64,000 bases of DNA from an uncultured Eubacteriales bacterium. GTDB taxonomy: Bacteria; Acidobacteriota; Aminicenantia; Aminicenantales; Saccharicenantaceae. The stretch is taken from assembly GCA_964423315.1 (NCBI GenBank), contig CAYREO010000005.1:31834-95833 (forward strand), written 5' to 3'. Positions within the stretch are counted from its first letter, which is position 1. Each line of letters begins with the position of its first letter. The notes below the pieces were generated by a model, which saw only the letters and a program-made list of their open reading frames with translations, ran no database searches and was not told the origin of the DNA. This document shows, in pieces, positions 54,829 to 64,000 of this stretch. A program made the translations under genes and the position numbers.

Positions 54829-56085
54829 ATGAAGACCGAGATTCTGGCTGTCGGAACCGAGCTCCTGACCCCGTTCTTTCAGGACACGAATTCGCTTTTC
54901 GTGACGGCCGGCCTCAACGCTCTCGGGCTTCGGGTGGCCTTCAAGACCGTTGTCGGCGACGAAGAGGAAGACCTTTTCTGGGCCGTTCAGGCGGCCATAG
55001 CCCGGTCGCGGCTGATCGTGGTCATGGGCGGGCTTGGGCCGACCGAGGACGACAGGACCCGCGAAACGGTCGCCAAAGCGCTCGGCCGGAAGCTCGTCTT
55101 CCGAAAGGCGCTTCTTGACGGCATTCGGGAGAGGTTCCGTCTCAGGGGGCTGGTCATGCCGCCCTCGAACATCAAGCAGGCCCGGATCATCGACGGGTCC
55201 GAGGTCCTGGATAATCCCCACGGCACGGCCCCTGGGCTTTGGATCGACACCGGCCGGCATAAAATCGCCCTTCTCCCCGGCCCCCCCGGGGAGCTTAAGC
55301 CGATGTTCGAACACCATGTCCTGCCGCGCCTGTCGTCTCTGGGCCGAGGTCTCACGGCCAGCCATGTCCTGAAACTGACCGGCCTCGGGGAATCCGGAAT
55401 GGAGACCCGCATCCGCGCCGTCTATCGAGCCGTGCCGAAAGGCGTCTCGGTCACGACCCTGGCCGCGCCGGGAGACCTGTCCATCCACCTGACTTACCAC
55501 GGCCCGGGGCCGGAGGCCGCCGCCGAAAGCCTGCTCGAGGGCCTGGAGAACAAGATCCGCCGTCGGCTCTCATCGTGGATCTACTCCTCGAAGGGCGAGA
55601 GCCTCGAGGAGGTCGTCGGCCGCCTGCTCAAGGAGAGGGGCAAGACGCTGGCCTGCGCGGAATCCTGCACGGGGGGCCTCATCGGCCACCGGCTGACGGA
55701 AGTCCCGGGAAGTTCGGACTACTTCCTCGAATCGGCGGTCGTGTACAGCGACAGGGCCAAAATGCGGCGCCTCGGCGTGCCCGCCTCCCTCATCGCCCGC
55801 TATGGCGCGGTCAGCGCCCAGGTCGCCAAGGCCATGGCCGTCGGGGTCAGGAAGGCATGCCGTGCGGACTTCGGGTTGGCCGCGACCGGGATCGCCGGGC
55901 CGGGGGGCGGCACGCCCCGCAAGCCGGTCGGCCTGGTCTATATCGCCCTGGCTTGGGACGGAGGGACATCCGTCCATCGGAAACGCTTTTCCGGCGCCCG
56001 GAGCCAGATCAAGTTCCAGTCCTCGCAGGCGGCCCTGGACATCCTGAGAAAAGTCCTTCGCAAAAACGGCCGGAAGACCATATAA
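54829..56085 (+). CDS. cinA: CinA-family protein (MoCF-binding domain plus C-terminal NMN deamidase PncC domain)
   Basis: MKTEILAVGTELL start and C-terminal CAESCTGGL motif. Confidence 0.85.
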   Translation: MKTEILAVGTELLTPFFQDTNSLFVTAGLNALGLRVAFKTVVGDEEEDLFWAVQAAIARSRLIVVMGGLGPTEDDRTRETVAKALGRKLVFRKALLDGIRERFRLRGLVMPPSNIKQARIIDGSEVLDNPHGTAPGLWIDTGRHKIALLPGPPGELKPMFEHHVLPRLSSLGRGLTASHVLKLTGLGESGMETRIRAVYRAVPKGVSVTTLAAPGDLSIHLTYHGPGPEAAAESLLEGLENKIRRRLSSWIYSSKGESLEEVVGRLLKERGKTLACAESCTGGLIGHRLTEVPGSSDYFLESAVVYSDRAKMRRLGVPASLIARYGAVSAQVAKAMAVGVRKACRADFGLAATGIAGPGGGTPRKPVGLVYIALAWDGGTSVHRKRFSGARSQIKFQSSQAALDILRKVLRKNGRKTI

Positions 56086-56107
56086 TGGACCTCAGCAGGG
56101 CACATCC

Positions 56108-56662
56108 GTGAGAACGTTCATCGCCATCGATCTCGAACCGGCCCTCAAAGAGGCGGTCCGCGGGTTCGTCGAAAGCCTGAAGAGGACCAAGGCCGATGTC
56201 CGCTGGACCGGTCCGTCGGGCTTGCATCTGACCCTGAAGTTCCTGGGCGAGATCGAGCCGGACACAGCGGAAAAGGTGACGAGCGCCCTGGCGCGGGTCG
56301 CCGGCCGGCATCGGCCGTTCTCATTGGCCCTCGAAGGGACCGGAAGATTCCCGCAAGGCCGGAGCCCACGTGTCCTCTGGATCGGGGTCCGCCCTCAGCC
56401 GGAGCTCCTCTCGCTTCAGGAGGACATCGAGCGGGAGCTCGAAGCCGAGGGCTTCCTCCGGGAGGACCGGCTGTTCCATCCGCACCTCACCTTGGGCCGG
56501 GTCAAGGGTTCCGGGGCCATCGGGGAGGCTCTGGGCGAACTGGAGAAAAAAGGCCGCTTCCTGTTCGGGGACATGGAGGTCAGGAGCGTCACGCTCTTTG
56601 AAAGCCGGCTCGGTCCCGGAGGGGCGCAATACCGGGTCGTCTCGGAGCACGCATTGTCATGA
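56108..56662 (+). CDS. thpR: RNA 2-prime,3-prime-cyclic phosphodiesterase (2H family, LigT/ThpR)
   Basis: Two HxT/Sx motifs (HLTLKF and HLTLGR). GTG start. Confidence 0.8.
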   Translation: MRTFIAIDLEPALKEAVRGFVESLKRTKADVRWTGPSGLHLTLKFLGEIEPDTAEKVTSALARVAGRHRPFSLALEGTGRFPQGRSPRVLWIGVRPQPELLSLQEDIERELEAEGFLREDRLFHPHLTLGRVKGSGAIGEALGELEKKGRFLFGDMEVRSVTLFESRLGPGGAQYRVVSEHALS

Positions 56663-57249
56663 AAGCCATTTTCGCGGCGGCCTCCTACCTCGTCGGCTCC
56701 ATTCCTACAGGCTATCTTTTCGTCCTCCTGGCCGACCGCAGGGACATCCGGCAATTCGGGAGCCGGAGCACGGGGGCCACAAATGTCCTCCGTCTCAGGG
56801 GACTGAAGTTCGCGGTCCCCGTCGCCGCGATCGACCTCCTCAAGGGCTTCTTGCCCGCGCAGGTGGCCATGAGGGCCTTCGGCGATCCCGTCTTCGCCGC
56901 GTTCTGCGCCTTCCTGTCCGTCCTCGGTCACTGCTATCCGATCTGGATCGGTTTCCGCGGCGGGAAGGGCGTGGCGACCTCCCTGGGCGCCTATGCGGCC
57001 ATCGCCTGGAGACCGTTGCTGGCGGCGCTGGCCGTTTTCGCCGTTTCCGCGGGGGCCACGCGCTACGTATCTCTCGGCTCGATCCTGGCCTCAGCCGCCT
57101 TTCCTTTCTTCGTGCTCGCCTTCGGCGGGCCGAAGGGCGTCTTTCTCATCAGCCTGGCCATTTCGGCCCTCATCATTTTCAAGCACGCGGGGAACATCGG
57201 CCGCCTTCTCCAGGGGCGGGAACGCAAATTGGGAGAGAGGACCTCATGA
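56659..57249 (+). CDS. plsY: Glycerol-3-phosphate acyltransferase PlsY
   Basis: GS.TG.N...GG.KG.AT signature motifs and 5 TM helices. Confidence 0.85.
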   Translation: MKAIFAAASYLVGSIPTGYLFVLLADRRDIRQFGSRSTGATNVLRLRGLKFAVPVAAIDLLKGFLPAQVAMRAFGDPVFAAFCAFLSVLGHCYPIWIGFRGGKGVATSLGAYAAIAWRPLLAALAVFAVSAGATRYVSLGSILASAAFPFFVLAFGGPKGVFLISLAISALIIFKHAGNIGRLLQGRERKLGERTS

Positions 57250-58241
57250 ACGCTTCGGTCATCGGCGGCGGGAGCTGGGGCTCGGCTTTCGCCAGGTATC
57301 TCGGCACGATCGGCATCCCGACCCGACTCTGGGTCCTCGAGCCGGACGTCCTCGAGGAGCTCCAAAGAAGCCGGGAGAACAAGATGTTCCTGCCCGGTTT
57401 TCCGTTCCCTCCGTCCGTCGATTTTTCATCCGACCTGGGCGGGACAGCGGCCTTCGGCGACATCGTCTTCGTGGCCGTGCCGTCCCAATTCTGCCGCGCT
57501 GTCTACAGAAAGGTCCGGTCCGCCCTCCGCAAGGATCAGATCGTCGTCAGCCTGACCAAGGGATTCGACCCAAAGACCCTCAAGCGCATGAGCCAGGTCA
57601 TGGAGGAGATCTTCAGCCCGCACCCTCGCCCGCGCCTGGCCGTCCTGTCCGGTCCGAGCTTCGCCCGCGAAGTGGCCCGTGAGCAGCCCACGGCGGTCGT
57701 CATCGCCTCCAGGGACCTGGCGGCGGCCCGGACCGTCCAGCAAGCCGTTTCCAGCCTGACCTTGAGGGCCTACACGTGCCGGGACGTCGCAGGGGTCGAG
57801 GTCGCCGGGGCCCTCAAGAACGTCATCGCCATCGCCGCCGGCATCTCCGACTCTCTCGAGTTCGGGCTGAATTCACGGGCCGCTCTGATCACCCGGGGGC
57901 TTGTCGAGATCACCCGTCTGGGGGTCTCGCTCGGGGCCCGCAAGGAGACCTTTTCCGGGCTCGCCGGCGTCGGGGACCTCGTCCTGACCTGCACGGGCGA
58001 GCTGAGCCGGAACCATCGGGTCGGCCAAGCCCTCGGACGCGGGCAAACGCTCGATGAGATCCTCAAGGGGATGAAGATGGTCGCCGAGGGTGTTCATACG
58101 ACCCTGACCGCCAGACGTCTGGCCCGGGCCCGGGGCGTCGAGATGCCCATCTCCGAACAGATCTACCAGGTCTTGTACCGCGGCAAGTCGCCCCGAAAAG
58201 CGGTCTCGGACCTGATGTCGCGGACATTGAAGAGCGAATGA
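57246..58241 (+). CDS. gpsA: NAD(P)H-dependent glycerol-3-phosphate dehydrogenase
   Basis: GGGSWGSA Rossmann motif and GpsA catalytic motifs (LKNVIAIAAG, GDL..TC). ATGA overlap with plsY. Confidence 0.9.
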   Translation: MNASVIGGGSWGSAFARYLGTIGIPTRLWVLEPDVLEELQRSRENKMFLPGFPFPPSVDFSSDLGGTAAFGDIVFVAVPSQFCRAVYRKVRSALRKDQIVVSLTKGFDPKTLKRMSQVMEEIFSPHPRPRLAVLSGPSFAREVAREQPTAVVIASRDLAAARTVQQAVSSLTLRAYTCRDVAGVEVAGALKNVIAIAAGISDSLEFGLNSRAALITRGLVEITRLGVSLGARKETFSGLAGVGDLVLTCTGELSRNHRVGQALGRGQTLDEILKGMKMVAEGVHTTLTARRLARARGVEMPISEQIYQVLYRGKSPRKAVSDLMSRTLKSE

Positions 58242-59056
58242 CGGCCGGGGCCGGGCCCCCGCCGGGGAGGAGAACGATGCGCGCCAAGTCCATGCTGGTG
58301 ATCGGCCTCTGTCTGAGCCTGACCTTCTGCGCGTCCGCCCAGACCAAGCAGCGACGGGCCCAGGCCAAGGACCCCAAGTATCAGTACAATGTCGGCCTCT
58401 TCCATCTCAACCAGAACGAGATCGACGAGGCCATCAGGTATTTCGTCAAGGCCCTCAGCCTGAACACCCGCTATCACCTGGCCTGGAACGCCCTCGGCCT
58501 GGCTCACTCGTTGAAGGGCAACCTCGAGGAGTCCGTCAAGGCCTTCCTGAAGTGCCTCGAGATCGATCCCCAGTTCACAGAGGCCCGCAACAATCTTGGG
58601 ACGGTCTACCAGGAGATGAATGCCCTCGACAAGGCCGAGGCCGAGTTCCGGAGGGCGCTCGAGGACCCGGCCTATCCCAACCGGGAGCTGCCGTCCTACA
58701 ACCTGGCCCGCCTCTACGTCCTTCAGGACCGTCTGGCCGAGGCCCTGCAAAGCGTCCGATTGGCCCTCCAAAGCCAGCCCCGATTGGCCATGGCCCACAA
58801 TCTCCATGGCTTGATCCTCGAAAAGCGCGACAATCTCGAGGAGGCCATCGCCGCGTACGAGCAGGCCGTGCGGATCGTGCCCGACGACATTCTCTTCAAC
58901 TACAATCTGGGCGTTGCCTACTTCAAGAACGAGGATTATGCCAAAGCCAAGGACGTGTTCCTGAAGATCTCCCCGAGGGTCACCGACACGGAGATGAAGG
59001 ACGCGATCGACCGCTACTTGAAGATCATCAATGAGCGGGGTGCGGTAAAGGCCTGA
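58238..59056 (+). CDS. TPR-repeat lipoprotein
   Basis: Possible true start at MRAKSM (58277) with lipobox LTFC. At least 5 TPRs. Confidence 0.6.
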   Translation: MTAGAGPPPGRRTMRAKSMLVIGLCLSLTFCASAQTKQRRAQAKDPKYQYNVGLFHLNQNEIDEAIRYFVKALSLNTRYHLAWNALGLAHSLKGNLEESVKAFLKCLEIDPQFTEARNNLGTVYQEMNALDKAEAEFRRALEDPAYPNRELPSYNLARLYVLQDRLAEALQSVRLALQSQPRLAMAHNLHGLILEKRDNLEEAIAAYEQAVRIVPDDILFNYNLGVAYFKNEDYAKAKDVFLKISPRVTDTEMKDAIDRYLKIINERGAVKA

Positions 59057-59070
59057 GGCGGGCGGCCCCG

Positions 59071-60432
<1,362 letters not shown>

Positions 60433-60450
60433 TTATGCTAAGGTAATTGA

Positions 60451-61818
60451 ATGTCCGCCTCGAAACCAGGCTTGATGCGGATGATCAGGCCGGTCCACCT
60501 TCTTTTCACATTATCCCTTTTCCCCTCCCTTTCTCCGCCCGCTTCGGCCCAGGAAGGGCCGCCCGCCGGATGGAGCCCACCGGTCCAGGAATTCCGGCTC
60601 AAGAACGGCCTGCGGGTCATCCTCTCCGAGGACGATTCCTTTCCGTTGGTGACCGTGGCCATCGCCTACGGCGCGGGGACGTCCCGGGAGCGTCCGGGAC
60701 AGGAAGGCCTGGCCTACCTCATCGAGAATCTCATGTTCCAGGGGTCGGAGAACGTCGGGCCTCTTCAGCACGTCAGCTACGTCCAGAAGGTCGGCGGGGA
60801 GCTCAACGCCACGACCCAGTTCGACAAGACGCTCTTCTACCAAACCCTGCCGTCGAACCAGCTGGCCTTGGCCCTCTGGCTCGAGTCGGACCGCATGAGA
60901 ACGGCCAACGTCACGCCTCCCTCGATCGAGCGGCAGCGCGGCACCCTCATCGAGGAGCACCGGATCCGGCTGGCAAGGGATCCCTATCTCGAGAGCTTCT
61001 CGGTCTTTGACGCCCTCCTCTACCCCGATCCCCGGTACGGCCGTTCGGTGATCAGGAACGGAGAGGAGCTGGCCCGGATCGCGAACACGGACGTGTCGGA
61101 GTTCTACCAGACGCTCTATGTCCCGAACAACGCCGTCCTCTGCATCGTCGGTAACATCCAGCCCGCCAAGACCCGGGAGCTCGTGGCCCGGTATTTCGAT
61201 TCCCTCCCTCCGGGGCCCGGCGTGCCCCCGACACCGCCGCCGCAGTTCGAGCAGGAGGGCGAGACGGCCGCCGCCATGCCCGGCCTCCCGATCCCGAACT
61301 CCGGCTTTCATCTGGGCTTCAGGTTCTATCCTCTCCAGACCGGCGATGCCTACACTCTCCGGATCCTGGAATATGTCCTGCTCAGAGGGAAGACCTCCCG
61401 GCTGCGCGCCCGGCTGCTCGACAAAGACCGAACGGCCTACCACCTCAGCGGCGGTCTTGAGGAGCGCGGCCGGGCCCTCGGCCTCAAGATTTTCTGTCTG
61501 ACGAACAACGCCGTCATGTCCGACCGCTCCCAGCGGGCCATCCTCTCGGAGATCGAGAAGGTCCGTTTGGGACAGGTCTCCGACGACGAGCTGGCCAAGG
61601 CCAAGCGGTTCTTCAAGATGGACTATCTCCGCCGCTTGAGCACGGGACAGGACAGAGCCGTTGTTCTCATCGAAGCCGCATTCTCCGACCGTCCCCTGGA
61701 TTCCCTGACCGACGAGCTTGACCGGCACTACCGCGTCAGCTCATCGAGCCTGGCCAATCTCGTCGCCAGGTATTTCGTGCCTTCCAACAGAGCCGTCCTG
61801 AGGCTGGGTCCCCGATGA
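60451..61818 (+). CDS. M16-family (pitrilysin/insulinase-like) zinc peptidase, secreted
   Basis: Signal peptide; M16 N- and C-terminal domain architecture. A clean HxxEH was not confirmed by eye. Confidence 0.7.
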   Translation: MSASKPGLMRMIRPVHLLFTLSLFPSLSPPASAQEGPPAGWSPPVQEFRLKNGLRVILSEDDSFPLVTVAIAYGAGTSRERPGQEGLAYLIENLMFQGSENVGPLQHVSYVQKVGGELNATTQFDKTLFYQTLPSNQLALALWLESDRMRTANVTPPSIERQRGTLIEEHRIRLARDPYLESFSVFDALLYPDPRYGRSVIRNGEELARIANTDVSEFYQTLYVPNNAVLCIVGNIQPAKTRELVARYFDSLPPGPGVPPTPPPQFEQEGETAAAMPGLPIPNSGFHLGFRFYPLQTGDAYTLRILEYVLLRGKTSRLRARLLDKDRTAYHLSGGLEERGRALGLKIFCLTNNAVMSDRSQRAILSEIEKVRLGQVSDDELAKAKRFFKMDYLRRLSTGQDRAVVLIEAAFSDRPLDSLTDELDRHYRVSSSSLANLVARYFVPSNRAVLRLGPR

Positions 61819-63287
61819 GGAACCGCACGTCGCGCCATTCTCCGGTCAGGATGTTGGCTCTGGCCGCCATGCTGACGGTCCTTTCCGGCCCTGGACTCGG
61901 AGCCCAGGAGCGGTTCCGCAGGACCCCTCCGTTGGCCGACGCCCGCCAAAACCTCGAATTGGCCGCCATCCAGCGCGTCGACCTGCCGGGCGGGCTCAAG
62001 GTCGCCTTCATCCCACGCCCGCGGAGCCCCATCGTCACTCTTCAGCTCGTGATCCTGGCGGGCGAAGCCGATTCCCCTCCCGACCTGCCGGGGGTCGCCA
62101 ACATCACGGCCCGGATGATCGGTCAGGGCACCAGGGTCCTCTCCTCCGATCAGATCGATAACATGATCGAGGGCATCGGCGCCGAGTATTCCGTCACGAC
62201 GTATATGGACTATACGGTGTTCAAGCTCGATGTCCTCGGGGAGCATCTCGACCGGGCCCTGTTCATCATGCGGGCCATGCTTCTCGACGCGGCCTTCACC
62301 GAGCGGGCCCTCGCCGGCGTGAGGCGGGTCGCCTTTCGCGAGCTGTTCGAACGCAAGAAGGACCCGGAATTCGTGGGCTGGAAGCAACTCGCGCGCGTCC
62401 TGTTCGAGAACCACCCCTATCACGTCGGGACCTACAACGAGGACGTCATCAAGTACATCGGGGCCCGGGATATCGCCGCCTTCTACGGCCGCTTCTACCA
62501 CCCGGCCAACGCCGTCTTCGTGGTCTCCGGGGACGTCGCCGCGGAGGATGTCGTCCCGAAGATCGGCGCCCATTTCCGGGCCTGGCGCCGCCAGGAAGCC
62601 GACCGCCCTCGGGTCCCCGTCCCGGCCCCCAACGCCCGGGAGCGGGTCTGTTTCGTCGAGGACGAGGACTCTCAGGACGCGACGATCTTCGTGGGCAACG
62701 TCGTCATGGATCAGGAGAGCCCGGACCTCTTTCCCTTTCTCGTGCTCAAGCAGGCCCTGGGCGGCACGACCCGGAGCCGGCTGTTCATGAACCTCCGGGA
62801 ATCCAAGGCCTACGCCTATTACGCCTTCAGCGAGATCGAGTTCCTCCGGGCCTGCAGCCTGTTCTGGGCCCGGGCCCGGGTGGCCCCTGAATTCATCTTC
62901 CCGTCGGTCACCGAGATCATCCGGGAGATCCGGTCCTTCTCGACCACCCGGGCCCCTGCCGCCGAGGTCGAGGAGGCCAAGGCCTACCTCGTCGGGAACA
63001 TCCCGTTGAGATTCGAATCGCCCGAGGGCTTCTCCGAGTGGACGGCCCGCATCGCGGCGATGGAACTGGGGCCCGATCACTGGGACCGGTTCCTGGAGAA
63101 CATCATCCGGGTCAATGTGGAGACGGTCCAGGCCGCCGGGCAGCGGCATCTCTCGACCCCCCCTGTCATCGTCGTCGTCGGCCGGCGCGAATGGATCCTC
63201 AATCACCTCCAGGATTTCCGGGTCGTCGAGGTCTACGACGTCAACGGCGTCCTCAAGCAGACCATCATCAAAGGAGTCGAGAAATGA
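61815..63287 (+). CDS. M16-family peptidase, second (probably non-catalytic) subunit, secreted
   Basis: Signal peptide and M16 fold without an obvious HxxEH. Overlaps the upstream M16 gene by 4 nt. Confidence 0.7.
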   Translation: MRNRTSRHSPVRMLALAAMLTVLSGPGLGAQERFRRTPPLADARQNLELAAIQRVDLPGGLKVAFIPRPRSPIVTLQLVILAGEADSPPDLPGVANITARMIGQGTRVLSSDQIDNMIEGIGAEYSVTTYMDYTVFKLDVLGEHLDRALFIMRAMLLDAAFTERALAGVRRVAFRELFERKKDPEFVGWKQLARVLFENHPYHVGTYNEDVIKYIGARDIAAFYGRFYHPANAVFVVSGDVAAEDVVPKIGAHFRAWRRQEADRPRVPVPAPNARERVCFVEDEDSQDATIFVGNVVMDQESPDLFPFLVLKQALGGTTRSRLFMNLRESKAYAYYAFSEIEFLRACSLFWARARVAPEFIFPSVTEIIREIRSFSTTRAPAAEVEEAKAYLVGNIPLRFESPEGFSEWTARIAAMELGPDHWDRFLENIIRVNVETVQAAGQRHLSTPPVIVVVGRREWILNHLQDFRVVEVYDVNGVLKQTIIKGVEK

Positions 63288-64000
63288 AGCTCGTCGAGTG
63301 CGTCCCCAATTTCAGTGAGGGCCGCGACCGAGAGAAGATCCGGGCCATCACCCGGGAGATCGAAGCCGTCCCGGATGTCAAGCTTCTCGATGTCGATCCC
63401 GGCGAGTCCACCAACAGGACGGTCGTGACCTTCATCGGGACCCCCGAGGCGGCCGCGGAGGCGGCTTTCCGGGCCATCGCCAAAGCCGGAGAGCTCATCG
63501 ATATGCGGGCCCATCACGGGGCCCACAGCCGCATCGGGGCCACGGATGTCTGCCCGTTCGTGCCGGTTTCCGGCGTGACCATGGACGACTGCGTCCGTCT
63601 GGCCGAAGGGCTCGGGGCCCGGGTGGCGGACGAGCTGGGGATCCCCGTCTTCCTGTATGAAGCCGCGGCCCGCAAGCCCGAGAGGCGCAACCTGGCGGCC
63701 ATCCGGGCCGGGGAATACGAGGGTCTCGAAGAGAAGCTCAAGGACCCCCGCTGGGCCCCCGACTTCGGGACGCCGGTTTTCAATGCCCTGTCCGGGGCGA
63801 CCGTCATCGGGGCCCGGGAGTTCCTCATCGCCTACAACATCAACCTCAATACGAGGGACCGGAGGCTGGCCCACGAGATCGCCCTGAGCCTCAGGGAGAG
63901 CGGCCGGGCCAAGCGCGACAAGGACGGCCGCATCGTCAAGGACGCCCGGGGCGACACGGTCAAGGTCCCCGGCCGGTTCAAAGAGGTCAAAGCCGTCGGC
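63284..64000 (+). CDS. ftcD: Glutamate formimidoyltransferase (FtcD N-terminal formiminotransferase), 3-prime partial
   Basis: MKLVECVPNFSEGRD start typical of formiminotransferase; the frame is open to the window end. ATGA overlap with the M16 stop. Confidence 0.8.
   Translation, partial: MKLVECVPNFSEGRDREKIRAITREIEAVPDVKLLDVDPGESTNRTVVTFIGTPEAAAEAAFRAIAKAGELIDMRAHHGAHSRIGATDVCPFVPVSGVTMDDCVRLAEGLGARVADELGIPVFLYEAAARKPERRNLAAIRAGEYEGLEEKLKDPRWAPDFGTPVFNALSGATVIGAREFLIAYNINLNTRDRRLAHEIALSLRESGRAKRDKDGRIVKDARGDTVKVPGRFKEVKAVG

Overview
This is a high-GC (~65-70%) bacterial chromosomal segment, densely packed with housekeeping genes (genes named below, with support in the features list), broken by one low-GC (~50%) island at about 15.0-17.9 kb.

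Genes identified, in order: the 3-prime end of alaS, a lytic transglycosylase, a DAG-kinase-like lipid kinase, a trypsin-TPR protein, tRNA-Leu(TAG), tig, lon, rho, a BNR-repeat protein, an APC permease, a corrinoid methyltransferase cluster, several peptidases (M1, M28, M20, M16 x2), a glgA/glgC glycogen locus with an embedded two-component system, a purO plus stand-alone AICARFT pair, rlpA, a GH63-like hydrolase with a Tat-exported glycosylasparaginase, serC/serA-like genes, iscS, asnS, the rimO-pgpA-cinA-thpR-plsY-gpsA operon, ahcY and a partial ftcD.

Items worth a second look:
- The lon reading frame is full length but carries two in-frame TAG codons 45 nt apart, each replacing a conserved Glu just before the catalytic Ser.
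- The low-GC island carries parA-parB with TAA stops (native genes use TGA/TAG). It is flanked by AT-rich tracts, two near-identical 16-bp parS-like inverted repeats and a cluster of DnaA-box-like 9-mers. This looks like an acquired partition/origin-like module.
- The co-directional cluster RamA-like activator, homocysteine S-methyltransferase-domain protein, B12-binding corrinoid protein and non-pyrrolysine MttB-family methyltransferase suggests a three-component corrinoid-dependent route from a methylated amine to methionine.
- The glycogen locus has a GAF sensor kinase, a receiver-only response regulator and a GalT-family gene translationally coupled between glgC and glgA.
- An archaeal-type split PurH (PurO plus stand-alone AICARFT) is present.
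- A GH63-like hydrolase is paired with a Tat-exported glycosylasparaginase.

No CRISPR array, rRNA or obvious transposase or integrase was seen. All calls rest on reading the supplied ORF translations and sequence by eye; no searches were run.
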